Shown piece after piece: positions 9,539 through 19,498 of a DNA stretch of 50,690 nt; within the stretch, counting starts at the first letter, position 1, and the number at the start of each line of letters is the position of its first letter. The position numbers and the translations under genes were made by a program. Source of the stretch: Pirellulales bacterium (GTDB lineage Bacteria > Planctomycetota > Planctomycetia > Pirellulales > UBA1268); NCBI GenBank assembly GCA_029246985.1, contig JAQWMC010000002.1, positions 1 to 50,690 on the forward strand, in the 5' to 3' direction. Under the pieces are notes generated by a model. It ran no database searches and was not told where the DNA came from. It was given only the letters and a program-made list of their open reading frames with translations.

Positions 9539-10801
9539 ATGTCAAATCGCCAACCTGAGGATGCTGCTGTTGGGTTAAAAAAGAGTCAGTTTTTTGTTTC
9601 ACGACTTACTCCGTCACAACCAGGGGCACTCGGCATTGTTGGCCTGTATGGAGCCAAAGCGTGTCCGACTCTCAAAGCGTATTTTCATGCGTTCAAAGGC
9701 ACCTCGATCGAATCATTAGCTATTGGTCGTATTGCAGTTGGCCAATGGCATCACGAATTCTTGACCGGCAGGGAAGGTGTTCGTTCATTGGAGAGGGAGG
9801 GCGGTCAGCCTCAGGAAAGCCAGGAATGTGTTGTCTTGGTTCGAACAGGAGAAGATAGCTGGGAAATCCATTCTCATGGTGGCAGGGCTGTTGTTCATTC
9901 TTTTTTAGAGATTTTTGTGGCATCAGGTGCTGATGAAGTCTCATGGAATACGTGGCATGCCCGCTTACAAAAAGACCGTCGTGATACCACCATTCGAAAA
10001 CAGCTTGCTCAAGTTGATGGATCGTATGCAGCCCAAATACTTACGAGGCAGCTCGCGGGTTCCTTTCAGAAAGATATCAGACGAATTAAGCAAACACTCG
10101 ATACGACTCCGAGATGTATGGACCAAATCGTTGTTGCAAAAGCGGTTATCGACCGTTTGGAACGTGCTTCCCGAATTGGCTTACGTTTAGCACAACCTTG
10201 GCGAGTCATTTTATTGGGTCCGGTAAATGCTGGGAAAAGTAGTCTGATAAATGCACTGGTGGGATATGATCGAAGCATTGTTTCCCCCCATGCCGGAACA
10301 ACACGTGACGTGCTGGAGACGCGAGCTGTTATTGATGGGTGGTCAGTTAATTTCATCGACACAGCAGGTTTCCATATTGTCGACAATCAAAAGCAAGAAA
10401 TTAATGGAATTGAACAAAAGGGAATAGATCGAGCTGCGGTGGAAGCATTGAATGCTGATCTTATATTGCATGTTCAATCATTAGACCCATCGGCAGTAGA
10501 TGGTTTTTCAACAGCACAATTAGGCGATGCTCTTCCGCCATATATCAGCGTTGGTACAAAATTAGATTTATGCAGCAACAAGCAGTTATCTGAGCAGCCT
10601 CTTTCAGAACCAATGGTTCCAACATCTGCTCGCACTGGTCAAGGAATAGAACGTCTTATACAAGTCGTACTCGAAAAACTTGTTCCAGAAATAAAACATC
10701 AGCCAGATTGTTTTCTGGAAGGTGTCCCAGTATCACGAGAAGATATTGATGTCGTGAGAAAACTCCATCAACAAGTAGACGCTTACTCACGAGATTTGTG
10801 A
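9539..10801 (+). CDS. MnmE/TrmE-like GTPase, C-terminally divergent
   Basis: TrmE_N-like TPSQPGALGIV and WEIHSHGG; G1 GPVNAGKS, G2 GTTRD, G3 DTAG, G4 TKLD; no terminal FCxGK. Confidence 0.8.
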   Translation: MSNRQPEDAAVGLKKSQFFVSRLTPSQPGALGIVGLYGAKACPTLKAYFHAFKGTSIESLAIGRIAVGQWHHEFLTGREGVRSLEREGGQPQESQECVVLVRTGEDSWEIHSHGGRAVVHSFLEIFVASGADEVSWNTWHARLQKDRRDTTIRKQLAQVDGSYAAQILTRQLAGSFQKDIRRIKQTLDTTPRCMDQIVVAKAVIDRLERASRIGLRLAQPWRVILLGPVNAGKSSLINALVGYDRSIVSPHAGTTRDVLETRAVIDGWSVNFIDTAGFHIVDNQKQEINGIEQKGIDRAAVEALNADLILHVQSLDPSAVDGFSTAQLGDALPPYISVGTKLDLCSNKQLSEQPLSEPMVPTSARTGQGIERLIQVVLEKLVPEIKHQPDCFLEGVPVSREDIDVVRKLHQQVDAYSRDL

Positions 10802-12123
10802 TTACGCACTAAAAGTTTTATTGGTACTTCAGTAAATGGAGCATTCTTTCGGAGTGATGAAAGAAGGTACCTTTTGTAAGGTGCACTGAGGCTTTCAGGA
10901 GAGCTCGTCGAAAGAACAATTGTTGGTGGAGCAGTATCAACCTGCGTAGCGAAATAGATGCGTACAGGCCGGCCTCGGCGATCGGCAGGGGGTCGGGTAG
11001 CTTGAGTGGCCGCGTGAATGATTGTATTCAGCGCCGCTGTTGGGACTCGAGCCTGACTCTGGCGAAAGAGTCGTTGCGTTGTGTCGATTGCTGCTTTGAC
11101 ATTACGTCCGGTCGTGGCGGTCACAAATGCAATAGGAGCCCACGGCATTGTACGGAACGTGTCACGAAGGTATTGCGCCCATTCACTTCTTTCTACATCT
11201 CCAGCGTATAAGTCCCACTTGTTGACAACAAAAAGAACAGGTTTCTGCTGCTCGACAATGAGATCAACGAGTTGTTTGTCAACTTTTCCCACGGGCTCTG
11301 TTGCATCGAAAAGCATGAGAACTACATCAGCGCGGCGAATACTTCTTTCGGCGCGGTGGGTTGAGTAAAAGTCGATATCACTTTTGCGGCTTTTGGTTCT
11401 CCGAAGTCCGGGCGTGTCAATTGCAAGGAAAGAGTGCCCGTCTACTTCAAAACGAACATCAATGCTGTCGCGTGTAGTCCCTGCGATCGGGCTGGCAATT
11501 ACTCGTTCTTCTTTTGCGAGAGCATTCACAAACGTACTTTTTCCAACATTTCTGCGGCCAACAATTGCTACCTTCATTTCTGGAAGAGCTGTTGTGGTCG
11601 CGTCGTCATTTCCTATGGTTGCCGGAAGAAGTGTTGTAATTGCTTCAACTAATTCATCGCGGTGACGGTTCTGTTTCGTACTTGTAACAATTGGCGAACC
11701 AAATCCGAGTTCATCAAAGTCATGACCTAAGACATCATATTTTTCATCATCAGACTTATTTGCTACCAGAAGAACATTGGCGCCTGACTGTCGCAGTCGT
11801 AGAGCTACTTCTCCATCTGCCGGAACACGACCAGTTCGGATGTCAACTACGAAAACCACTACTCCAGCTGTAGCCAAGCCAGCTTCTATCTGCATGTCGA
11901 TCTGCTCAGTCAATCCATCTGGGTCGTCAAAGCCCATGCCACCGGTATCTATGAGATCAATTATCTTTTCACCACATTCAATCCGTTGGGTGAGACGGTC
12001 TCGAGTAACACCTGCAGTCGGATCTTCAATTGCGATTCGTCGCTGAGAAAGCCAATTGAAAATACTCGATTTTCCAACGTTTGGCCTGCCGACGATAACG
12101 ACCTGCTGAGTAGAAGAGGACAT
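10783..12123 (-). CDS. der: Ribosome biogenesis GTPase Der (EngA)
   Basis: Two tandem G domains (GRPNVGKS/GVTRD/DTGG/NKSD and GRRNVGKS/GTTRD/DTPG/NKWD) plus KH-like C-terminus. Confidence 0.96.
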   Translation of the reverse strand: MSSSTQQVVIVGRPNVGKSSIFNWLSQRRIAIEDPTAGVTRDRLTQRIECGEKIIDLIDTGGMGFDDPDGLTEQIDMQIEAGLATAGVVVFVVDIRTGRVPADGEVALRLRQSGANVLLVANKSDDEKYDVLGHDFDELGFGSPIVTSTKQNRHRDELVEAITTLLPATIGNDDATTTALPEMKVAIVGRRNVGKSTFVNALAKEERVIASPIAGTTRDSIDVRFEVDGHSFLAIDTPGLRRTKSRKSDIDFYSTHRAERSIRRADVVLMLFDATEPVGKVDKQLVDLIVEQQKPVLFVVNKWDLYAGDVERSEWAQYLRDTFRTMPWAPIAFVTATTGRNVKAAIDTTQRLFRQSQARVPTAALNTIIHAATQATRPPADRRGRPVRIYFATQVDTAPPTIVLSTSSPESLSAPYKRYLLSSLRKNAPFTEVPIKLLVRNHKSRE

Positions 12124-12164
12124 GCTTTGAGTGTTCGCAGGGAGGTTTTGTTTATCTAGTACGG

Positions 12165-13244
12165 CTAGGGGCAGTCGGTTAGTACCGCTGCAACTGTTTG
12201 TTCATTTACATTTCTAATAATACCACGCTCGGTGATTATCGCTGTGATGAGGTGAGCTGGTGTGACGTCGAAGGCCGGATTATAGCCGCGAGCTGATGCT
12301 GGAGTAGATTGAAAGCCAAACGGCTGAAGGATTTCATTTTCGTCGCGTTCTTCGATCGGTATTTCATCGCCGGCTTGAAGGGTGAGATCAAATGTACTCG
12401 ATGGGGCTGCAACAAAGAATGGAACATTGTGAGCCTTGGCTAATAAAGCGAGACCGTACGTCCCAATTTTATTAGCAGTATCTCCATTTGCTGTGATCCG
12501 ATCAGCTCCAACAATACAGCAGCCTATGTGCTTTGTTTTCAAAAGGTGCGCGGCAGCTGCATCTGCAAGCACAGTTACTGGTATTTTTCGTTGGGTGAGT
12601 TCCCAGGCGGTAAGCCGAGCGCCTTGCAGCAAAGGCCGGGTTTCATCGGCGAATACGTGAAAACGATGACCTTGCTCCCAAGCAGTGACAATCACACCAA
12701 GTGCAGTGCCAATGCCACCAGTTGCCAAAGCTCCTGTATTGCAATGGGTTAGAAGGTCGCCATCAGGAAGAATTGAAGCACCATGCTCACCAATTTTTTC
12801 ACAGAGATGCTGGTCTTCTTCCTGAATTCGCTTCGCTTCGGCAAGCACAGCCTTTGATAAGTTTGAAAACTCTGGATTTTCGCCTGCATTTAAAATGAGA
12901 CGTTCAATTCGCTGGATCGCCCAGCGGAGGTTTACAGCAGTCGGCCTCGAGGTTGCAAGATCCTCTGCACGTTGTTGAATGTATGCAATCTTTTTCTTGC
13001 TTGAATCCTCAAGGAGCATCGCCTGATGAACTGCCAGTACCATTCCATAGGCGCCGGCAATACCGATTGCAGGTGCACCTCGCACTCTCAATAATTTAAT
13101 CGATTCAACTACCGCCGGAACATCTTTGCAGACAATATTTTTGATCTGAGTTGGAAGTTTGGTCTGATCGAGGATTTCAAGGTGGCCGTCACTATCACCC
13201 TGCCAGCAGACAGTGTTAATTTCATTCGAAAGGTGTGTGTTCAT
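12165..13244 (-). CDS. mtnA: S-methyl-5-thioribose-1-phosphate isomerase
   Basis: LDQTKLP, VRGAPAIG, SRPTAVNL, THCNTGALATGG.GTALG, ETRPLLQGARLTAWEL, NPAFDVTP. Confidence 0.95.
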   Translation of the reverse strand: MNTHLSNEINTVCWQGDSDGHLEILDQTKLPTQIKNIVCKDVPAVVESIKLLRVRGAPAIGIAGAYGMVLAVHQAMLLEDSSKKKIAYIQQRAEDLATSRPTAVNLRWAIQRIERLILNAGENPEFSNLSKAVLAEAKRIQEEDQHLCEKIGEHGASILPDGDLLTHCNTGALATGGIGTALGVIVTAWEQGHRFHVFADETRPLLQGARLTAWELTQRKIPVTVLADAAAAHLLKTKHIGCCIVGADRITANGDTANKIGTYGLALLAKAHNVPFFVAAPSSTFDLTLQAGDEIPIEERDENEILQPFGFQSTPASARGYNPAFDVTPAHLITAIITERGIIRNVNEQTVAAVLTDCP

Positions 13245-13331
13245 TGTGATTGAATTAATCCGTTACTGATTTCCGATGATTGTTGCTGGCTGAAAAGGCT
13301 GCTGTACTAGAATAATGCAGTGCATCGGTGC

Positions 13332-14447
13332 TTACTTGTTGGAGAAAGGATTTGGGCTGCAGGGGAGATTAAATGATTTTGCTACAGCAGGCTCAATAAG
13401 TTTGCCATCGAAGACGTTGACAGCCGTCTGAATTGCTCGGCTTGTACGTGCGGCGTCCATGATCCCTTCGTTAGCAAGTGTGAGAACGTAGGGGTGTGTA
13501 GCGTTACACAGGGCGTACGTGCTTGTCCGTCCGACAGCGCCTGGCATATTTGTCACACAATAATGAACTACGTTATCAACAACAAATGTTGGCTCGGCAT
13601 GTGATGTTGGGCGGCTCGTGGCAATACAGCCACCTTGGTCAATTGCGACATCGATAATAACAGACCCGGGTTTCATAAGACGCAAATCATTGCGTTCAAT
13701 AAGGTGTGGTGCACGGGCGCCAGGGATCAGCACACTGCCGATTATGAGATCAGCACGGCCAAGCCATTCTCGGATGGTATGACGATCAGAATACAAGCAA
13801 TCAATATTTGGCGGAGTGACGTCATCGAGATAGCGAAGCCGTTCAAGATTCGTATCCAGGAGACCAATGTTTGCACCAAAACCCGCTGCTACTTTTGCCG
13901 CGTTGGCCCCAACGGTACCGGCTCCAAGGACAAGAACATTAGCAGGCGGTACACCCGGGACACCCCCGAGCAGAATGCCTCGTCCCATTTGAGGTTTCTC
14001 AAGGTACTTTGCACCTTCCTGGATACTCATTCTTCCAGCCACTTCGCTCATCGGTTTCAGCAGTGGTAACGCTCCCTGTTCGTCACGAAGTGTTTCGTAT
14101 GCGACGGCAGTGGCCCCTGTCTCGAGGAAACGTTCTGTCAATTCCTGATCAGCAGCGAAATGAAAGTACGTGAATACAATCTGCTGAGGCCGAATAAGTG
14201 ATATTTCTTTTGGTTGGGGTTCTTTGACTTTGACAATGAGATCAGCTGAGCCGAAAACTTCATCCGCGGTGTCAACTAGAAGCGCACCGCACTCTTCGTA
14301 CGCACTGTCAGATAGTCCGGAGCCACTCCCTGCTGTTTTTTGCAGCGTAACAGTATGGCCGGCCCGCACCAACTCTTCGACCCCAACAGGAAGAATCGCG
14401 ACGCGATATTCGTCCTTCTTCGTTTCCTTTGGGATACCAATTTTCAT
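13332..14447 (-). CDS. ald: Alanine dehydrogenase
   Basis: MKIGIPKE..E.RV, KVKEP, LL.PMSEVAGR, DVAIDQGGC, HYCVTNMPGAV; SD ggagg upstream. Confidence 0.96.
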   Translation of the reverse strand: MKIGIPKETKKDEYRVAILPVGVEELVRAGHTVTLQKTAGSGSGLSDSAYEECGALLVDTADEVFGSADLIVKVKEPQPKEISLIRPQQIVFTYFHFAADQELTERFLETGATAVAYETLRDEQGALPLLKPMSEVAGRMSIQEGAKYLEKPQMGRGILLGGVPGVPPANVLVLGAGTVGANAAKVAAGFGANIGLLDTNLERLRYLDDVTPPNIDCLYSDRHTIREWLGRADLIIGSVLIPGARAPHLIERNDLRLMKPGSVIIDVAIDQGGCIATSRPTSHAEPTFVVDNVVHYCVTNMPGAVGRTSTYALCNATHPYVLTLANEGIMDAARTSRAIQTAVNVFDGKLIEPAVAKSFNLPCSPNPFSNK

Positions 14448-14465
14448 ACGCTGTGCCTCCGTAAC

Positions 14466-15818
14466 TTAGGAGGTCATTTTCTTCGCAAGCTTATAGGTTG
14501 CTGGCATAGGCAACGAATAGTTGCCATCTTTATCCGGAACGACAGGTGGAGTTGACTCCCAGGTCAGGTTATCAGGCATCAGGTTGTAATCAGCAGCCAG
14601 AAGCTTCTCATATTCCTGTGGCTTGCCACTGTACGTTGCCGTTCGACCAAGAACTGCGGAAAAGGTTGAGGTTGCCCCATAGTAGGCGTTGTTGAGTGGC
14701 GTATCGTTACGAATAGCTGCCTGAAGTTCGTTGTGTTCAACCTGATACGGGTTCGTGGAGCCACCGGCATCTTTACTCTTTGACTTGGTCGGTCCTTCGT
14801 ACTTCCAAAGAACTTTGCCAGAATAATCTGTTATTTCACCAATTTTCACAAATCCCTTTGTTCCCTGGAATTCTTCATTCACGCGGTTCTGGCCACCCGG
14901 GAATTGTCGGCATTGACTGGCAATGCGGACGCCATTGGGATAACTGAAATTCACAGCATGGTGATCATAAATCTCACTTGGCTGTCCAACCACTCTGTTC
15001 TGCTTTCCTCCAACGCCGTAGGCCGATTCAGGAAGCATGTCCAGGAACCAGTTTGCAACGTCAATGTTATGAACATGCTGTTCACAAATGTGGTCACCAC
15101 AGAGCCAATTGAAGTGATACCAGTTGTGAACCTGGAATTGCATTTCATTCATATCGGCTTCTCGTTTTCGGTACCAGATGCCGCTGCCATTCCAGTAAAC
15201 TTGACCACCGATAATATCACCAACCATACCATCACGAACGCGTTTGATTGTTTCCCGATAGCTAGCCTGATAGTGACGCTGCAGTCCAACAACGACCTTT
15301 CGGTTCATTTCATCAGCCTTCTTTGCAACCTCGAGCACAAGACGAGCTCCAGCACTGTCAACACAAACGGGCTTTTCCATGAACACATGTTTGCCTGCGT
15401 TGATAGCGGCTTCGAAGTGGTACGGACGAAAGCCAGGAGGAGTAGCAAGAATGACAAGATCACAATGATCAAGAACCTTCTTGTACGCATCGAGTCCATG
15501 GAACTGCCGCTCTTTCGGGAGATCGACTTTGTCTTTCATTTTCTCCACTGCTCGAAGCGTCCGGCTAATATTGCTTTCGAAGGCATCCGCAACAGCAGTC
15601 ACTTTGATATTTGAACCATTTACGCTCAGAGCCTGCGTTAAAGCTCCAGTGCCTCGTCCGCCGCAACCAACGAGACCGATTCGAATAACTTCGGTGGACT
15701 GAGTTTGGGCATGTACTCCTCGCATCGAAGCAATTGCTCCGCCAGCAACGGTGGCAATCTTTACGGCATTGCGTCTGGAAAAACGCGGACTATCAGAGTT
15801 TGGTGCGCTGCTGGACAT
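14466..15818 (-). CDS. Tat-exported Gfo/Idh/MocA oxidoreductase
   Basis: SRRNAVK twin-arginine leader, GLVGCGGRG, HVFMEKP, GDHICEQHVHNID. Confidence 0.92.
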   Translation of the reverse strand: MSSSAPNSDSPRFSRRNAVKIATVAGGAIASMRGVHAQTQSTEVIRIGLVGCGGRGTGALTQALSVNGSNIKVTAVADAFESNISRTLRAVEKMKDKVDLPKERQFHGLDAYKKVLDHCDLVILATPPGFRPYHFEAAINAGKHVFMEKPVCVDSAGARLVLEVAKKADEMNRKVVVGLQRHYQASYRETIKRVRDGMVGDIIGGQVYWNGSGIWYRKREADMNEMQFQVHNWYHFNWLCGDHICEQHVHNIDVANWFLDMLPESAYGVGGKQNRVVGQPSEIYDHHAVNFSYPNGVRIASQCRQFPGGQNRVNEEFQGTKGFVKIGEITDYSGKVLWKYEGPTKSKSKDAGGSTNPYQVEHNELQAAIRNDTPLNNAYYGATSTFSAVLGRTATYSGKPQEYEKLLAADYNLMPDNLTWESTPPVVPDKDGNYSLPMPATYKLAKKMTS

Positions 15819-15975
15819 GGTCGTCTCCTGCGAGGATATTTGACTTGGGAAAATCCGTTTTAAGGCAATTCAAAAGAAAATGTCATGAGCAGTCGAGGCT
15901 TACAGCCCCGACCGCAAGATTCGTAACAAAGATACCGGCTTGCCAGCCACTTGCACAGGTGGCAGCCAAACATCC

Positions 15976-16314
15976 CTAGTATGCAGGGATTGAAGAATCA
16001 ATTTCATTCCTCCACGCTTCAATGCCGCCCTTGAGACTCTGGGCATTGTCAAAGCCGTGTTCTCGTAGCCATTTCGCTACACGGAGGCTCCGGACTCCGT
16101 GGTGGCAGTGCACAACGAGACGTTTTTGCTTCCAAGGCTCTAGTTCATCCAATCTTCCGGGGATTTCCTGCATCGGGATGAGCTTGGATTGAGCAATTTT
16201 TGCTATCGAATATTCTTCTTCTGTTCGGCAGTCAAGCAAGAGGCAATCAGCTTGTTTTGAAGTATCAAGCAGTGTTGAGGCGTCGCTTGGAATAATTTCT
16301 GTTGGTAAAGTCAT
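15976..16314 (-). CDS. Single-domain rhodanese (sulfurtransferase)
   Basis: LLDCRTEEEY, active loop CHHGVRS, LKGGIEAW...ID..P.Y; start moved to ATG 16314 to avoid overlap with the divergent gene. Confidence 0.88.
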   Translation of the reverse strand: MTLPTEIIPSDASTLLDTSKQADCLLLDCRTEEEYSIAKIAQSKLIPMQEIPGRLDELEPWKQKRLVVHCHHGVRSLRVAKWLREHGFDNAQSLKGGIEAWRNEIDSSIPAY

Positions 16315-16421
16315 AGTTAAAAGTTTATCGAAATACGGATCGTCACGGCTAGTGGGTGCTGTTGATTGTACGCTCAATGTATCCACAATGGTGAGAATAT
16401 ACTGAAAGGTCAAGCTGCAAG

Positions 16422-17684
16422 ATGCCACTCAGTCACATTGATCCTATTGCTGCCCGTATGTTTGCTGTCGAGGTTGTAGAGAAACTTCGACAGCAAGGAT
16501 ATGAAGCAGTGTGGGCTGGGGGATGTGTTCGTGATCAGTTATTAGATCGAGTCCCGATGGATTATGACGTCGCAACGTCTGCCCACCCGGATAGCGTCAG
16601 AGAACTTTTTGGTCGTAGGCACACGATCGCTATCGGCGCTGCATTTGGTGTGATCACAGTAATCGGATCGAAAGCATCTGGGAATGTAGAGGTTGCGACA
16701 TACCGTTCTGATGCCGAGTACATTGATGGACGTCGTCCGATAGGAGTCACTTTCTGCAATGCGCAGGAAGATGCTCTTCGCCGTGATTTTACAATCAATG
16801 GCCTCTTCTTTGATCCGGTTGGAGGAGTTGTTGTTGACTACGTGGGGGGGCAGCGGGATTTGCACGAAGGAATTATTCGTGCTATCGGTGACCCAGCCAT
16901 GAGATTTGGAGAGGATCATCTCCGAATGTTACGGGCTGTGCGTTTTTCAGCAAACTTTGAATTTCCATTGGAATCTCAGACTCGGGATGCCATCGATCGG
17001 TTCGCATATCAACTTGCATTAGTCAGCCCAGAACGGTTGGCTGCGGAGCTTCGGTTGATGTTTTCACGGGAAGGCCGTGGTCAGGCGCTACGGCTTCTGG
17101 TAGGCACCGGCCTCGTGAATCCATTGTTCGGTGGCCGATTGAACAAAACCGAGTCTTTCTGGTCGAGTGCGTCGGATGCTCTTGATGCCCTTTGTGAGCC
17201 GAGTCTGCCATTGGCCATGGCAATTCTTTGCCGCGAGGAGCCTGAATCAGTTGTTGCAATATGTAATCATCTCCGACTCTCAAATCTTGAACGAAGGCTT
17301 GCAGTTTGGTTAGTCAAGGCACTTTCTGTTTTTCGATCAAAGGATTTTGTGTCTAATTATGCACGTGCCCCGTGGTCTCTACTTCAGCCATGGCTGGCCC
17401 ACGAATGGCGATTTCATTTAGCTGATCTCATGGCATCACTTGCCGTGAGTAATTACTTTTCATCAGAAAATGTGGCATGGGTTAGTAATCAGGTGCAGCG
17501 GACTGACGCCGAACTCAATCCTTCCCACCTGCTCCGTGGCAATGATTTACTACAAATCGGTGTTCCATCAGGACCACTTGTTGGACATCTTTTGAATCAA
17601 TTGCGATTGTTGCAACTTGATAAAAAAATCGAATCACGCGAGGCTGCCGTTAAGTGGGTGGAGCAACAGTGCGTCAATGAGTAA
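16422..17684 (+). CDS. cca: Class II tRNA nucleotidyltransferase (CCA-adding type)
   Basis: GGCVRD..D.DVAT, EDALRRDFTIN, EDHLRMLRAVRF; lacks the poly(A) polymerase GRRF signature and an HD domain. Confidence 0.8.
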   Translation: MPLSHIDPIAARMFAVEVVEKLRQQGYEAVWAGGCVRDQLLDRVPMDYDVATSAHPDSVRELFGRRHTIAIGAAFGVITVIGSKASGNVEVATYRSDAEYIDGRRPIGVTFCNAQEDALRRDFTINGLFFDPVGGVVVDYVGGQRDLHEGIIRAIGDPAMRFGEDHLRMLRAVRFSANFEFPLESQTRDAIDRFAYQLALVSPERLAAELRLMFSREGRGQALRLLVGTGLVNPLFGGRLNKTESFWSSASDALDALCEPSLPLAMAILCREEPESVVAICNHLRLSNLERRLAVWLVKALSVFRSKDFVSNYARAPWSLLQPWLAHEWRFHLADLMASLAVSNYFSSENVAWVSNQVQRTDAELNPSHLLRGNDLLQIGVPSGPLVGHLLNQLRLLQLDKKIESREAAVKWVEQQCVNE

Positions 17685-17708
17685 TACCGCCGTATGCTAA
17701 TTCAATAG

Positions 17709-18497
17709 TCATCGCGGTGGCTCATGTGGATCAGGAAGATCAGAGAGGGAACGGAGTTGGAAAACTTCGAGGAATCGTGGTGTCGTACGATAGCACGGTA
17801 TCTCTTCTTGACCATCGTCACGTGGAAGTTTGACTAGCTCGAGTAAACCACGACGCACCAGTTGTCGCATAACCGCAGGAGTGGCATCACATCCGAGTCG
17901 TGTCAAATCGTCTCGGGCCACTGGTTGGTTCCAGGCGACAACAGCCAAAGCATCAAGTGCTCCTGCATCAAGTCGTACACGACGGGTTTTGGCCTCGAGG
18001 ACGGCACCGTATTGACGAAACTCTTTTCGGAGTCGAAGCAACCAGCCTGTTCCCTCAGACACAACTTCGTAAGGGCACCCATTGGTTTCGTAATGATGAG
18101 CAAGATCTCGGGCAAATTCATCAATTTCTGTCGAACGAACTCCCCGCATGAGGCTCGCGACCCTTTCACTTGAGAGTGGTTGCCCCTCGGGTAAACCAAC
18201 AAATAGAAGAGCTTCAAGAATCGATTGTGGGTTCACACGGCATGAAGGTGTGTGTGATACATCGACATCGCTTCCCAACTCGTCAAGGTCTGGTGACGTG
18301 TCGACCTCAACGACCTCTTGAGTGCCTTTTATTGCCGTCTCGTACGGGTCTTGCTCACCCATCATGGCGGCAAAAGCCTGTGCTAATCGATCGATCGACA
18401 GTCCTCCTTCAGCCGGAGGCCCATCAAATCCACCCGGTGTTTTTTTTGCCTTCCGTGGCTCATCTGTCACGAGTTGCATTCCTGTTCTTTTCGGCAC
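17709..18497 (-). CDS. scpB: SMC-Scp complex subunit ScpB with N-terminal extension
   Basis: ILEALLFV, LAVVAWNQPV.R, YRTTPRFLEVFQLRSLSDLP. Confidence 0.88.
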   Translation of the reverse strand: MPKRTGMQLVTDEPRKAKKTPGGFDGPPAEGGLSIDRLAQAFAAMMGEQDPYETAIKGTQEVVEVDTSPDLDELGSDVDVSHTPSCRVNPQSILEALLFVGLPEGQPLSSERVASLMRGVRSTEIDEFARDLAHHYETNGCPYEVVSEGTGWLLRLRKEFRQYGAVLEAKTRRVRLDAGALDALAVVAWNQPVARDDLTRLGCDATPAVMRQLVRRGLLELVKLPRDDGQEEIPCYRTTPRFLEVFQLRSLSDLPDPHEPPR

Positions 18498-18536
18498 TCA
18501 TTGAGTGAGTCCGTAACCCGTCGAGGTCACGTCTGA

Positions 18537-19388
18537 TCACTTCCAGCGTCTGTCGACGTTGGTTTTCATGAATTTCAGCGCATCGCTGGCGAGTTGTTCC
18601 TCTGTTGAGTACATCTTCCGCCAGATTTTTGTAGCTGCAACAATTGCTGGAAGTGCCAGGCCAAACGCTTCGACGACCATCCAGCCATCCCAGTTCGTTT
18701 TCTTGATGGCATCAAACGTTTCATCCCATGCAACATGTCCTTGTCCTGGAGTACTCCGATCATTTTCTGAAATATGAACGATTTTTGTCCAAGGCATTGC
18801 AGCATCGATAGCATCTGTCAGATTTTTTTCTTCAATATTTGCATGAAATGTGTCGTACATCATTCTGACATTTGGATGATCAACTTCGCCAACAAAAGAA
18901 ACAGTTTGGGCGACGCTCGTAAGGAAATAGTTTTCAAATCGATTGAGATACTCAACGACAATCGTGACATCGGCAGTGGAGGCATACTCGGCAACCTGCC
19001 GCATTGTTTCAGCGCCCCACTTTATTTCGTCGTCTGTTGGTCCGCACCCTGAGAATTCACCAAGAGCAGAGTGAGTTGGTCCAGCCAGGAGTTTCACACC
19101 GGAAGCATGGCAACAGTCGATGGTTTTTTTCATTGCATCAACTGCTGCAGATCGTACGCTCGCGGACGGACTTATTGGATTGTCTTCAGCTCCCCGAATG
19201 GTGACAGCGGTTCGCTCCAAGCCAATGTCATCGAGTTTTTTTCCCCATTCTTCATAGAGCTGTCTGTTTGGGTCGAACAGTGGCATTTCCACACCGTCAT
19301 AGCCCATCTTTTTGATGGTCTCAACCGTGGGTATGAGACCGTCATGCATCGAGTCGGTCCAAAGAAGCAGATTAATTCCGTATTTCAT
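18537..19388 (-). CDS. Sugar phosphate isomerase/epimerase (D-tagatose/psicose 3-epimerase family)
   Basis: EYLNRFE, YDTFHANIEE, VHISENDR.TPG.G, VVEAF metal and catalytic motifs all intact. Confidence 0.9.
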   Translation of the reverse strand: MKYGINLLLWTDSMHDGLIPTVETIKKMGYDGVEMPLFDPNRQLYEEWGKKLDDIGLERTAVTIRGAEDNPISPSASVRSAAVDAMKKTIDCCHASGVKLLAGPTHSALGEFSGCGPTDDEIKWGAETMRQVAEYASTADVTIVVEYLNRFENYFLTSVAQTVSFVGEVDHPNVRMMYDTFHANIEEKNLTDAIDAAMPWTKIVHISENDRSTPGQGHVAWDETFDAIKKTNWDGWMVVEAFGLALPAIVAATKIWRKMYSTEEQLASDALKFMKTNVDRRWK

Positions 19389-19498
19389 AATGAAGTGCTT
19401 TGCTGAAGGAGGAGTGTTCCAGGGCCCGATACGAGCTATTCGATCATTTATTCAACACCGTTCGGTACAAGAAGGCAAGTGCGAAAGAAAAGGTGTTG

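Noticed and set aside
14904-15614. 236-aa antisense ORF inside the Gfo gene (similarly 47741-48262 in rpsA and 992-1534 in the PPC gene)
   Set aside because: Shadow ORFs caused by codon bias of well-supported genes on the opposite strand; no recognisable motifs
16422-17684. Poly(A) polymerase PcnB
   Set aside because: Lacks the G(R/K)(R/K)F PAP signature (reads IGAAFGV)
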